From Ascoidea asiatica JCM 7603 (taxonomy: Eukaryota > Fungi > Ascomycota), in NCBI GenBank assembly GCA_001600695.1, contig BCKQ01000002.1, positions 1,899,434 through 1,963,433 on the forward strand: a stretch of 64,000 nt of DNA, in the 5' to 3' direction. Position 1 is the first letter of the stretch; every line of letters begins with the position of its first letter. The notes under the pieces were generated by a model. The model was given only the letters and a program-made list of their open reading frames with translations, was not told the DNA's origin and ran no database searches. Shown here in pieces: positions 10,459 to 22,559 of this stretch. Both the position numbers and the translations under genes were made by a program.

Positions 10459-12525
10459 ATGATTCAAGGATTTAAAAAATTATTTCATAATAAAGATAAT
10501 AAAGAAAACAAGGATGATAAACATATTAAAGATAATAAACTCAATAGAGATAATAAAGAAAATAAAGATATAATTATAAATTCTGAAAAGGAAAATATAA
10601 TAAATAGTAACTCAAATAATAATTCAAATGATACTTTAAATAATACTTCAATGGAAAATCAAATTCCAATCAAAAAATCAAAAAGTTTAAGATTTAAAAA
10701 TAAAATTAAAAGAGATAAAACTATTAAAAAATCAACTACTAATAATTCAAATTCTAATAACAATAATAATAACAATAATAACAATAATAATAAAATACCT
10801 AATAATAATTCAAATAACAATTCAAATAACAATTCAAATAAAATTCCTATAAGGAAAAATCCATATGATATATTAACTCAAAATGGTTATAGAATAATTT
10901 CTCAATTAGGTGAAGGTGCTTTCTCAAAAGTTTATAAAGGTGTTTTAATAAATAAAAATAATAATAATAATGAAGAATTTGTTGCAATAAAAATTATTGA
11001 AAAAAGTAATTTAGATTCAAATCAAAATTCTTCAATTTTAAAAGAAGTTTCAATTTTATCAAAATTAAATCATAAAAATATTGTAAAATTTAAAAAATTT
11101 TTTTCAAATAAATATTTTTATTTTATTATACAAGAATTATGTAATGGTGGTGAAATTTTTAATCAAATTATTAATTATACTTATCTTAGTGAAAATTTAT
11201 CAAGACATATAATTATTCAAATTGCAGAAAGTTTAAAATATTTACATAATGAAATTGGTATTGTTCATAGAGATTTAAAACCAGAAAATTTATTATTTAA
11301 TAAAATTCCATTTAATTTTCATGAAAATTTTAATGATAAATTTTTTAAAAAAAAAATTTTAAGAAAAAGTGATGATCCTGAAAATAAAAAATATGAAGGT
11401 AAATTTATTTATGGTTATGGTGGTGGTACAATTGGTATTGTAAAATTAGCAGATTTTGGTTTAAGTAAACAAATTTGGGAATTAAAAACAAAAACTCCAT
11501 GTGGTACAGTTGGTTATGTTGCTCCAGAAATTGTTAAAGATGAAAATTATAGTAAAAAAGTTGATTTATGGGGTTTAGGTTGTGTATTATATACATTATT
11601 ATGTGGATTTCCACCATTTTATGATGATAAAATTGATCAATTAACAATAAAAATTTCAAAAGGTCAATTTGAATTTTTATCACCATGGTGGGATGAAATT
11701 TCAATTGGTGCAAAAAATTGTATAAAAAATTTATTATGTGTTAATCCAAAATTTAGATATGATATTAATGAATTTTTTGAAGATGAATGGATTAAAGAAT
11801 TTTTAAATAAATTACCAAAAGATTCAAATAATAATTATATTTATGCAATTGATAATGATGGTGATTTATCAAGTAGTTCATTAAATTATGAAATTGAAAA
11901 ATCTAAATTTTTACATGATAAACATATAAGAGATCATAAATTAAATAATAAAAATGAAATTAAAGATAAAGATTTAACAAAAGAAACTATATTATATGCA
12001 CCTAAAATACCAAGAGATTCATGTTATACTCCACCTTCAGCATATTCACCTTCAGCTATGATGTTAAGAGATGCATTTGATATATCATCAGCAGTTCATA
12101 GAATGAATGAAGAAAAAATATTTAGTAAAAAACAAGGAAATAATGAGATTATCGAAGAACAAGATGAAGAAGAAGAAGAAGAAGAAGATTATGATGAAAA
12201 TAAGAATAAGAATAAAAATAAAAATAGGAATAGAAGTAGAAGTAGGAGTAAGAGTGAAAGTAAAAGTAAGAGTAGAAATAAAGGAAATAGAAATGGAAAT
12301 ATATTAAATAATGTAATAATTGAGAACTCTATTGATGGATCATCAGGTACATTTGATTTAAAAATTGAATCATCAAGTATATTTGAAAGAAGAAGACAAA
12401 AAAGAGATAAAATTGAAAAAGAAAATAGTAATACTAATAGTAATAGTAAAAGTAATAATAAAGGTAATAATGTCAATGTTAATGTTAAATCTAAATTATC
12501 TTTAAAACCAATTACTGCAATTTAA
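10459..12525 (+). CDS. RCK2: MAPK-activated CaMK-like Ser/Thr kinase Rck2/Srk1
   Basis: LGEGAFSKVYK, HRDLKPENLL, family-specific LRKSDDP...EGKFIYGYGGGTIGIVKLADFGLSKQIW, TKTPCGTVGY, FLSPWWDEIS, LRDAFDISSAVHRM. Confidence 0.93.
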   Translation: MIQGFKKLFHNKDNKENKDDKHIKDNKLNRDNKENKDIIINSEKENIINSNSNNNSNDTLNNTSMENQIPIKKSKSLRFKNKIKRDKTIKKSTTNNSNSNNNNNNNNNNNNKIPNNNSNNNSNNNSNKIPIRKNPYDILTQNGYRIISQLGEGAFSKVYKGVLINKNNNNNEEFVAIKIIEKSNLDSNQNSSILKEVSILSKLNHKNIVKFKKFFSNKYFYFIIQELCNGGEIFNQIINYTYLSENLSRHIIIQIAESLKYLHNEIGIVHRDLKPENLLFNKIPFNFHENFNDKFFKKKILRKSDDPENKKYEGKFIYGYGGGTIGIVKLADFGLSKQIWELKTKTPCGTVGYVAPEIVKDENYSKKVDLWGLGCVLYTLLCGFPPFYDDKIDQLTIKISKGQFEFLSPWWDEISIGAKNCIKNLLCVNPKFRYDINEFFEDEWIKEFLNKLPKDSNNNYIYAIDNDGDLSSSSLNYEIEKSKFLHDKHIRDHKLNNKNEIKDKDLTKETILYAPKIPRDSCYTPPSAYSPSAMMLRDAFDISSAVHRMNEEKIFSKKQGNNEIIEEQDEEEEEEEDYDENKNKNKNKNRNRSRSRSKSESKSKSRNKGNRNGNILNNVIIENSIDGSSGTFDLKIESSSIFERRRQKRDKIEKENSNTNSNSKSNNKGNNVNVNVKSKLSLKPITAI

Positions 12526-12837
12526 ATCAAACTATACAGTATAATCAAAGTTATGATTTTATTGGTTTCTTTTCTAAACTTCAATTCGGTATTTTATATT
12601 TCATTCTTCTTTTCTTTTTTTTTATCTAATTAGTTATTTATGTTTCTCATTTAATGATTATTATTTATTCAGTCTTTTTACATATCAATTCATGATATAT
12701 TTCAATTTGCAATAGCATAGTTAAGATAAAAGCATAAAAAAAGAATTTATTGTATATATGTGGATCCACACATTGCATGCAATACACTGTCTTCCAGTGT
12801 CCCCTTGCATTGAAACACAGTAAAATACAGAAATCAT

Positions 12838-13135
12838 TCACGTGACATTTTTTTTTCTAAATTTTCAAGCCAGCGCCAAGTTCATGGTAATTCTCGCCTT
12901 GTTGAGTTTAGAAGTGGTGGCGGTGGTGGCGGGTGTGTCCCGACATGCAGCCTGCCCGGCCCACGTTGGCGTGCGCACGGAGCTCACGCGTTGCCCGTTG
13001 TCTCTGGCGCTGTTCTCGTGTCCCGGCGCTGTGCCCATGTGCGAGCCCAACTCAGCAATTCCTCTGCCAGCAATTCTGCTCGCAGCTTCCTCGACCCCAG
13101 CGATAAAAGAAGAAATCAAACTCGTTGCTCGCTTC
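12838..13135 (+). promoter_or_regulatory. GC-rich KCS1 promoter island with bHLH E-boxes
   Basis: TCACGTGAC at 12838-12846 (Cbf1-type), CACGTT at 12962-12967 (Pho4-type), GGTGGCGG repeats; sharp GC rise against the AT background. Confidence 0.55.
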
Positions 13136-13989
13136 TGCCTTTATCAGATCTTAGATTTTTTATTGTTATCACCAATCCATTAGTAATTCTTATTCTATTT
13201 CTATTTATCTTTCTATCTTTCTATCTTTATCTTTATCTTTATATTCCATATTCTAATTCATATTCTTATTCATATACTTATTGAAATTGAGGTTTGAATT
13301 GAATTTGAGATTATATTCAATCAGATCATACCAAAAACTACTTTCATATTCTTATTTTTATATTCTTATTTCAATTTCATAAATTTATCAGTATTTGAGA
13401 AATCAAAGCAAAAAAAAAACGAAAGAAAACGAAAAGAAGCACATAATTTCAACTAAAATTTTTTTTTTTTTTTTTTGAAAAACGGTTTAAATTTAAGAAA
13501 AACCTTTTCGAATTCAAGAAAATTTATACAACTTTATTTATTTATTTTTATTCGATAAAGAATTTAATAAAGAGACTATTTAATAATCATTTGATATTAA
13601 TATATTTTAATAAATATTCAAAGTTTTCAAATATTTATTATTATTGTAACGTTTTTTACTTTATTTATTTATTTCAAATGATTTATAAAAAAATTATATA
13701 AATAATAATCAAAATCATAATAATATTAAAAATAATATCTAAAAAAAAGTTAAAGAATATTCCATTTTCAAAAAATTATATATTTTCAATAAATTTATCA
13801 AATTTTATCAACTTTTTTCAAATAAATATTCCTTAATATTCATCAATATTCATTCATTTATTCATTCATTAATTTATATAAAATATATATAAAATATATA
13901 TAAACTATATATATATATATTATCTTTCTTTTCTTGTATTATATCTAATCCATAAATATAAAATCATTTCAAAAAATTATAATCTAATA

Positions 13990-16900
13990 ATGTCAGTACG
14001 AAGAAATAATTCAATAAATGATAATCATAACAATAATATCAATAAGGATTCAAATACTTCAATAAAATCTTCTAATTTAAAAGGTAGAAAAGCTGCTTTA
14101 TCTTTCAAATTATTCAATGATAATGATCAACAATTAATTAAGTCAAATGATTCAAATATCATTAATACTATCAATAATAATAATAATAATAATAATAACA
14201 AGGATACTATCACAACTGATAATAAATCTATCAAACAAGATAACTTTGATGATAATAATAATACCAATAATGATTCTAAAAAAGATAATCTATTAAAAAA
14301 AGACCTTATTCAAAATAAAATTATTAATAATTTAAAAGATGATTTAAAAAAACATTATTATATAGTTAGACGCTCTTCAACTTCTATTTCAGCATCTGAT
14401 TTATCTTCTTCACCTTCTTCTTCATCATCATCTTATTCATCAAATACATCTTCATCTGCTTCAGATACTTCATCTATTTCATCACATTCTTCATGCATAA
14501 ACTCTAATAAAATATTATCAAGATCAAAATCTTTATCAAAAGCTTCAACTTTACCTTCAAATTTATATAATAATACACTAATATCAAAAAATAATTTTCT
14601 TAATAATCCCCTAAATAACAATAATGCTCATCATATTCATAATCATAATCATTTGCATAATCATAATCATAATCATAATCATAATCATAATCATAATCAT
14701 AATCATAATCGTAATCATTTTGAGAATTTATCAATAGATCCAAATATAAAGAATTTTGAAAATAAGAAAAATAATATTCACAATAATTCAAATAATAATA
14801 ACAAGGATAAAAATGAAAATGATAAAAAAAAATTAATAAAAATTAAAAATCCTTTAACTTTACAACCTTTATCTTCAGCAACTTATATTCCACATACTCC
14901 AATTAATTCAAATTTTCAATTAAAGAAAAAAAAATTATCCGCTGATACAAAGAATAATGATATAAATGATATTAATGATAATAATAATGATAATACTCTT
15001 ATAGCGCTTACTGATAATGAAAAAATCAATAATAATAAAAATATTGATATTCAAAGTAATAAAATTGATGTTAATATACTGAGTGATAAATTCATTCGTC
15101 GAATTCATAAACATGCTATTGATGATAGCATTGATGAGAGTATTGATGAAAGCATTAGTGAAAGTATTGATGATGATGAACCTGAACTTATAGAAGAAGA
15201 TTTAGGTGATATTAATACTTTAGAAATTGTTGAAACTTTAGGTACTGATGATATTCAAAATGATGTCAATAATAATGATAATAATATAAATATTAATAAA
15301 TTAGATAAAATCAATAATATTTTAGATAATAATAATGAATTTGATAATATTAATATCAATAAAACAAATATTTCAAAAAATTTTAATAATTTAAATACAG
15401 TAGAAAAAAATGAAATTATTAAAAAAAAAAATAGTCTTACTTTATCAACTTTATCTTTATCTACTGATCCATTAATTCTCAATAGAAATAATAATATTAA
15501 TAATATAACTAATATCAATACATTAAAACAAAATCAATCAAAAAATATTATCCAAAATAATGATAACTATAATAATAATAATAATAATAATAAAAATATT
15601 ATCAATAAATCAAAATCAAGTGATTTAAATAATCAAATTGATTTCAGTGATCATGATTCAAATGAAAATTATCCATTGGCGGTTGAATTACAACCTTTTA
15701 AAAATAAAGTTGGTGGTCATACTGCAATTTTTAAATTTTCAAAAAGAGCAATTTGTAAAGCTTTAGTTAATAGAGAAAATAAATGGTATGAATCAATTGA
15801 AAGTTCTCATCCAGAATTATTAAATTATATGCCAAAATATATTGGTGTATTAAATGTTAGATATAAATATTTAGAAACTATAGATTTTGATTCTCCATTA
15901 AATTCAAATCAAAATTCTTTTTTAAATTCTCAAACTTTAGATAATTCAAAAGTAAATAATAATAATTCTTTTCTAGAAATTGGTAATGATAACAATGATA
16001 ATAATGTAAATGGTTATAATATTAAGGATCAACATAATAATAATTTTATCTATAGTAATAATAATAGTAATAATGGAACTGAAAATTTAAACAACAAAAA
16101 AGAAAGTTCAAATTCAATGGATAATACTAATAATAATAATGACGAAATTTATAAAATTATAAATCAAAATGAATTAAATAATATTGCTCCGAATTTTAAA
16201 ATTAATGGAAAAAATGATAATTATGAATTACCCCCAGAAGTTGTATTAGATGATAATAAACATATTATCCCAGAGTCATTTTGGAATAATTATTCTTTAA
16301 TAAATAGTACGGATAATAGTAAAAATAATAGTCAACTGTTTAATTTTAATAATCAAAAAGTTAAAAATATAAATAATGCAACTTGTATAAATACTAAATT
16401 ACAAGAATTAGTAATTCAAGAAGTTTTTGCACCAATAAAAATACATGCAGAAAATGCAAGAAGAAGATTAAAAAATAAAAGAAAATTAAAAAAACAAGAT
16501 CATTTAAAATCAATTTTAGATGATTCTATTATAGACAATAAATCAAAATTATTAATTGGAAATTCTTCAGAACCATCATCAACAACAACTTCAAAATATA
16601 TAATAGATAAAGAAAAAAAAATTGGAAATGAGTTAAATAAAGTCAATCCTAATGAAGTAAGTAATAATCGGCAAAAGCAAGATAAAATCAATAAATCTTT
16701 CCTTGAAGTGAATATAAATACTCTACCATTAAATGAGAATCAATTTGATATTAATAGTCAAAAGAATAACTTAAGTTTAATCAAAAGTAGAGATAAAAAT
16801 AATACAACTTTGGATTTCACAGAAACTGAGAGAAAACATCGTCATAACCGTCATAATAGCTCTAATAATAGTAGTAATAGTGACAAGAATAATAGATCGG

Positions 16901-18417
16901 ATGAAAGTTTAAATATTTTCTCTTCTCATCATTCTTTGATGGAATTATCATCATTGGATAATACTGATTCATTTCCTTCTAGAGAAGTTATTATTAATTC
17001 AGTTAAGGCAATAAGAGAACCATTTGAAGAATGTCCAAGTAGAGCAAAATTCTCATTGCATGATGATGCTGAAGGTGATGAAGAAGAAGAAGAGGAAGAA
17101 GAAAATAATAGCAATGGATATAATAAGTTATCTTTCAAAAAGGAAACATCCACCAATACTGGTTCTGAAAATGTCTTAGATAATAATCAAAATAATAAAA
17201 CTTGTGATATTGAAGAGGAAAGTAGTATAAAATCAAGTGAAAAATCTAATATAAGTAGTTGCTCTATGTGTAATAATACTTATGGATCACTGATATCATC
17301 ATCAAATAGTATTACTTTAAATGGAGAAGCCATCCCTCTTCCAAAAATAATAAATCCGAAATCAACTTCTAATGATACAGTTACTGATACTAACTCTAAT
17401 TCAAATTCAAATTTAAATTCAAATTCAAATTCAAATGATAAATTAGAACCTAAAACAAATATTGACCCAAATAATAGTTCAGTTAAATCTAATGTGAATA
17501 TAGACAATAATAATAGTAATGGAGATAATAATAGTAATAAAATTCATTATAAAGGGACTCATTTAAAACAAATTACAAGAATTGAAAAATTTATTCTATT
17601 AGAAGATTTAACAATTGGTATGAAAAGACCATGTGTAATGGATTTAAAAATGGGAACAAGACAATATGGAATTGAAGCCACTAGTAAAAAACAAAAATCT
17701 CAAAGGAAAAAATGTCATTATACTACAAGTTTTAAACTTGGAGTTAGAATTTGTGGATTACAAGTTTATAATTTAGATAAAAAAAGATATATTAAAAGAG
17801 ATAAATATTTTGGTAGAAGAATTAAAGTTGGAGAAGAATTTTTAAGATGTTTAATGACATTTTTATATGATGGTATTGATATTAATAGTATATTAATTTA
17901 TATACCGAAAATAATTAAGAAATTGAAAGAATTAAAGAATATATTTATGAAATTAAAAGGATATAGAATGTATGGATCAAGTATATTAATAATGTATGAT
18001 GGAGGAAATAAATTAGATAAAGAAAATGAAGAAGAAAATAAAAATGGAAATGATATTTTAATTAGAATGATTGATTTTTCACAATGTATCATATATGATG
18101 AATTAGAAATGAAAAAAGATAAATATTCATATTTACCAAGATTTAAAAATGATATTGATAAAGGATATATTAGAGGATTAAATTCATTAATTAATTATTT
18201 TGAATTAATTGAAGAGATTATAAAGACTTATAATAATAAATTTAATGATAATGAATTAAAAGAAATTCAAGAATTATTAGATTCATTTGAAGAAGATACA
18301 ATTGAAGATGAAAATGATGATAAATATGGAAATGGTAAAGGATTTAAAAATCATTTTGATAAAAAATTATATAAAGATATTTTAAGTGAATTTAATGATG
18401 ATGAATTATCTGATTAA
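13990..18417 (+). CDS. KCS1: Inositol hexakisphosphate kinase Kcs1
   Basis: GRKAALSFKLF, YPLAVELQPFKNKVGGHT, FILLEDLT..MKRPCVMDLKMGTRQYG (PxxxDxKxG), RMYGSSILIMYDG, MIDF. Confidence 0.94.
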   Translation: MSVRRNNSINDNHNNNINKDSNTSIKSSNLKGRKAALSFKLFNDNDQQLIKSNDSNIINTINNNNNNNNNKDTITTDNKSIKQDNFDDNNNTNNDSKKDNLLKKDLIQNKIINNLKDDLKKHYYIVRRSSTSISASDLSSSPSSSSSSYSSNTSSSASDTSSISSHSSCINSNKILSRSKSLSKASTLPSNLYNNTLISKNNFLNNPLNNNNAHHIHNHNHLHNHNHNHNHNHNHNHNHNRNHFENLSIDPNIKNFENKKNNIHNNSNNNNKDKNENDKKKLIKIKNPLTLQPLSSATYIPHTPINSNFQLKKKKLSADTKNNDINDINDNNNDNTLIALTDNEKINNNKNIDIQSNKIDVNILSDKFIRRIHKHAIDDSIDESIDESISESIDDDEPELIEEDLGDINTLEIVETLGTDDIQNDVNNNDNNININKLDKINNILDNNNEFDNININKTNISKNFNNLNTVEKNEIIKKKNSLTLSTLSLSTDPLILNRNNNINNITNINTLKQNQSKNIIQNNDNYNNNNNNNKNIINKSKSSDLNNQIDFSDHDSNENYPLAVELQPFKNKVGGHTAIFKFSKRAICKALVNRENKWYESIESSHPELLNYMPKYIGVLNVRYKYLETIDFDSPLNSNQNSFLNSQTLDNSKVNNNNSFLEIGNDNNDNNVNGYNIKDQHNNNFIYSNNNSNNGTENLNNKKESSNSMDNTNNNNDEIYKIINQNELNNIAPNFKINGKNDNYELPPEVVLDDNKHIIPESFWNNYSLINSTDNSKNNSQLFNFNNQKVKNINNATCINTKLQELVIQEVFAPIKIHAENARRRLKNKRKLKKQDHLKSILDDSIIDNKSKLLIGNSSEPSSTTTSKYIIDKEKKIGNELNKVNPNEVSNNRQKQDKINKSFLEVNINTLPLNENQFDINSQKNNLSLIKSRDKNNTTLDFTETERKHRHNRHNSSNNSSNSDKNNRSDESLNIFSSHHSLMELSSLDNTDSFPSREVIINSVKAIREPFEECPSRAKFSLHDDAEGDEEEEEEEENNSNGYNKLSFKKETSTNTGSENVLDNNQNNKTCDIEEESSIKSSEKSNISSCSMCNNTYGSLISSSNSITLNGEAIPLPKIINPKSTSNDTVTDTNSNSNSNLNSNSNSNDKLEPKTNIDPNNSSVKSNVNIDNNNSNGDNNSNKIHYKGTHLKQITRIEKFILLEDLTIGMKRPCVMDLKMGTRQYGIEATSKKQKSQRKKCHYTTSFKLGVRICGLQVYNLDKKRYIKRDKYFGRRIKVGEEFLRCLMTFLYDGIDINSILIYIPKIIKKLKELKNIFMKLKGYRMYGSSILIMYDGGNKLDKENEEENKNGNDILIRMIDFSQCIIYDELEMKKDKYSYLPRFKNDIDKGYIRGLNSLINYFELIEEIIKTYNNKFNDNELKEIQELLDSFEEDTIEDENDDKYGNGKGFKNHFDKKLYKDILSEFNDDELSD
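14630..14710 (+). repeat. (AATCAT)n hexamer encoding an (HN)n tract in Kcs1
   Basis: cataatcataat run translating as HNHNHN... Confidence 0.9.
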
Positions 18418-19168
18418 GTGATTAAGTGAATGATTGATTGATTGAATGATTGATTGATTAAGTAATTAGTTAGTTAATTAAACCTGTATAATATAGATTT
18501 ATAGTATAATGAATAAATAAATAAAACAAATAAATAAGTAAAATCGATTAAAATTGAATAATTCAAATAAATCTACAAATATATAATAAAAGTAATGATT
18601 AAATGATAATATTTATTAATTTTGTTTAAGTTTTTATTTTTTTAAGCGCCGATAAATAAATTTATTAAAATGTATATATAAAATGTAAATTTTAAATTAG
18701 AGATAAATTTTGATTTAAAAAAAATAGATAGATATAAAAAGAAAAATAAAGAGATATATGAATATGAGAGAGAGATTAATGTACATTTTAAGAATAGAGA
18801 ATAAAGAGTAAAAAAAAAAGGGTAAAAATAAAGAGTAAATATAAAGGGTAAATAAAGGATAAAAGATAAAGCATTATTAGCAATAGATTGATATTAGTTG
18901 AAAAAAAAAGGGCAAATGAAGTGAAATGAAATGATTTAAGATGATTTGTAGAATTGATTTAGAATTGTATTTAGGATTTAGAATTGATTTAGAATTGATT
19001 TAGAATTGTATTTAGGATAAATGAAGTTTTGAATGGATGAAAGGATGTCATAATCATTAGCATATAATAAAGGATAAATAGAATAGATAAAGAGAATAGA
19101 GTAAGAAATAAATTGAATTAAATGGATTAATGAGAAAATGAAGATGAAGATGAAGATGAAGATAAAGA

Positions 19169-19345
19169 TTATTTTTGAGGAATATCGAAACGAATTGAGG
19201 TTATACCATTTGGATGATTATAATTTAAATTATTTGAAGCATTTGATTGTTGCCTTTGTCTTCTTAAATTGCAACGTTTCATATAATCAGATTTTTCATC
19301 AAAAAATGGAGTTTGATCATTTTTATTAAACATTTTTAAGTTCAT
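19169..19345 (-). CDS. Candidate 58-aa microprotein
   Basis: MNLKMFNKNDQTPFFDEKSDYMKRCNLRRQRQQSNASNNLNYNHPNGITSIRFDIPQK*; complex sequence within low-complexity DNA, downstream of an otherwise orphan GC island. Confidence 0.5.
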   Translation of the reverse strand: MNLKMFNKNDQTPFFDEKSDYMKRCNLRRQRQQSNASNNLNYNHPNGITSIRFDIPQK

Positions 19346-20127
19346 ATATGTAAATATATAAATATATAAATATAATTGATTTGATTTGATTTGATTAAGA
19401 TGATGATAATAAAAGGTTATTGTGGTTTGAAGATATGATTTAATAAGTTATTATTATTAAAATTTAAAATATTATTTATATTTAAATTTATTAATAAATT
19501 TATTAATAAATTTATTATTATAATATTGAATAAAGTATTGAATATGATATTGAAAGAGAAATTAAAGATGAATTTGAGAATTGTAATTAAATTTGAATTT
19601 AAAGATAATATTGAAAATAACATTAAATTCTTTTTTAGATTAAAGAAAATAAGATATTAATAAGTATATATTATAATAATAATAATAATAATAATACTAT
19701 AATATTATAATATTATAATATTAATATGAGTTAGATTTTTATATTGAAGTAATTTAGTAAGTGATTAAGTTATTAAGTAAGTAGTATTATATTATATTAT
19801 ATGATATTATTCGATAATACAATAATACAAAGTATGTAAAAAATATATAAATAAATATAAATTTATATAATAAGTAAAAATAAAAGTAAAAGTAAAAGTA
19901 AAAGTAAAATGAAATAATGAAAAAATTAAAAGGAAATAAAGAGAATTTATATCAAAAAAAACATATTATGATATAATTTAAAATAATATAAAAGTAATAG
20001 GTAAAGTATTGTAAATATTTATTGATAATAAAGATAATTATGGTAATAAAGATTATTTGAATAGATTAAAATGAGATAGAGAGAGAGAGTTAAAAAGTAA
20101 GAAATCAATAAATAAATAATGTAATGT

Positions 20128-20177
20128 AATGAATGAATGAATGAATGAATGAATGAATGAATGAATGAATGAATGAA
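20128..20177. repeat. (GAAT)n microsatellite
   Basis: About 12 tandem gaat units. Confidence 0.9.
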
Positions 20178-20529
20178 ATAAAATAAAATAAATTATCACT
20201 AGGTAAATTGGTATACTTTTAAGGAATATTTATTCATAGTAAATTCAAAATAAAATTTGCGTATTGAAAGTTTTAAAAGTATTGAAAATATTAAAAGTTT
20301 TGAAGCTTTGTAAAGCTTAACTTACTTTTGGATACAGTTGCTGTAGAATTACAGTAATTAATTATTGATTGATTCAAATATTATTCAAATATTATTCAAA
20401 TATTATTTGATGATTATTTGATAAATAATAAAAGCTTTAATAAAATCTAAAAGTTTTAATTTTTTTCATAGTTTTAAAAGTATTGAAAGTTGAGATTTTT
20501 TAAGACAGAATGAAAAAATAAAAGAAAGA

Positions 20530-21700
20530 AAGAGGTGTGAACTCTTAGCGCGGGTTGTACCCTGGGCTGTGCGGGTCTCAATGGCCTACCAAAAATAGTT
20601 TCGGGGTGGCCAGGGCTCTCTAAAACAGGGCTCTGGAGGTCATGAGCGAGCCCACTCGAGTTGCCAACGACGTAATCAGCGAGCTCTCGGGGAGATTGCA
20701 GCATCGGGGCGCTGGAGCGCGTCGGAGAACGCAGTCGCAGCGCTCGACGGTCTGACTGGCAGCAGGAGAGTTCATTGTCGGCTGTTGCTGAGAATCGAAT
20801 CAGAACTGATCCGCCTTCAAAAAGGCGAAAGGAGAGCACTCTGGGCTTTATTTACTACCCAACTTCAGACTTTCTCAGACTTTCTCAGACTCTTGTGAAA
20901 TAAATGCTCAAGTTTAAACTGAGCAGTTCCACTGGTGTATTCGGGTGTCTTTCTCTAGTACAATAGTGTATTTTCTGTTTCTCCCCCTGGGTTTATTCTG
21001 GTAAAGAGTGGATGGTGAGAATATTTGCTTTGCGTTTGTGTGTGAAAGTGTTGTGATTCATGGGAGTTGAAACCGTTTTGGTTTTGGGTTTGCTGTTTAT
21101 TCTACCGCTTGAACTTTTATATTATTATGGGATATTATTATTACTATTGGAGAGGAGAAGAGAATTCAATTTCCGTTTTACAGAGTGACAGTGGTTACTG
21201 AAAGAACAAAGTGCAAAGTGCAAACTGGTGGCGGCTGGAGCAGTGGCGGCCGATAGCGCACTGTGCGTGGCGCTGCACTTTCGACCATGGGAAGAACACC
21301 AAAAGGAAGCGTTACGTAATGATGCACAAATAAGACCGGGTAGCCTGCACTGGAATATTGTTTTGATGGGCGGACGAGAGTCTGGAACCCACCGGACCCC
21401 ACTGGCAATAGCTGGTGCTAGCTGGCACCAGCTGGTTTTTTGCAGAATTCCCAAGTAGCAGTTCCACATTTCTGGTTTCACGCCCGAATTTCTGCTTGCC
21501 GCGTGGTGAGCACTGGTAAATTTGTTACATTTTTATTGAATTTGTTAATTTTGTTCCTGAGTCCGGTTGTGAGCCGATTGTGAGCCGGTTGTGAGCCGGT
21601 TGCGAGCTCTTCGCAGTTCTCAGAAAAAATTCCTGATTGCGGCAGTCGAATGAGAAAATGCCAGCACCAGTCACGTGCTCCAGGGCGAATAATATCTCAA
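20530..21700. promoter_or_regulatory. Large two-part GC-rich island, probably promoter/enhancer of an unannotated transcript
   Basis: GC-rich blocks at about 20530-20860 and 21180-21700; TTACGTAA near 21312, GTCACGTG at 21670-21677; lies between convergent KCS1 and YCP4 3' ends. Confidence 0.5.
21559..21607 (+). repeat. Four imperfect 11-bp GAGCCGGTTGT repeats
   Basis: gagtccggttgt-gagccgattgt-gagccggttgt-gagccggttgc. Confidence 0.8.
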
Positions 21701-22559
21701 TCTTCACAACACACAACTTTTGAGACAATTTTATTAGCTTTTGTTATTTTGTGTTATTCTCCTTGTTTTCTTTGTTCTCTTTGATTTTACTTTTATTTTT
21801 GTTCAATTTTAGTCAATTAAATTCACTTTAAGTCAATTCAATTCATTTTTAGTCAATTTTAGTTAATTTTAGTCAATTTTAGTCAATTTTAATCACTTTC
21901 AGTCAATTTTAACCAAAATTTGTCAAAGATAATCAAAAATTGTTAATATTTATCAATATTTGTTAAAAAAATTCGTTAAAAATTGTCGAAAAATTCAATA
22001 ATGATCTCTTTTTATTATTATTTTTATTATTATTCATATTTATTTAAAGTCATAGACATTTGTTAAACTATTGGTATCACTTACCGATAATACTAATACT
22101 ATAAAGTTATTTTATTTAGTCTTTAATCTTTAAGTTAATCATTAATCACTTTAAGGGCATTAAATCCAGAGTAATGATTTTAAATATATTGATCTTATTA
22201 TAAATTTTTTTTTCGTAAATTTTTAAATTTATCATAATTTGTCTAAAACTACAAAAAGTAAAAGTAATCAGAAAAAAAAACTTGAAAACGTTTAAAATGT
22301 AAATGATTTAACAATACAATATAAATATATATTTCATAAAGTTTATATATAAATATGAGAGAGTCTATCATTAAATTACATCATTATAAATATAGTCTAT
22401 CATTTATAATTACCGCTAATAGAGATATTACATATTAGAAATTGAAATTTAGAAATTAAATATTAGATATTAAATTTTAAAGATTAAAGATTAAAGATTA
22501 GATATATGAACAAGGATAATTAATGAAAATAATAAAAAAGAATAAATATGATTAAACCA

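Noticed and set aside
12842-13284. Overlapping short ORFs in the GC island (likewise 3029-3266, 8024-8292, 20474-20839, 21125-21481, 37084-37423)
   Set aside because: Open frames are expected in stop-poor GC-rich promoter DNA; codon usage is unlike real genes and no motifs are present
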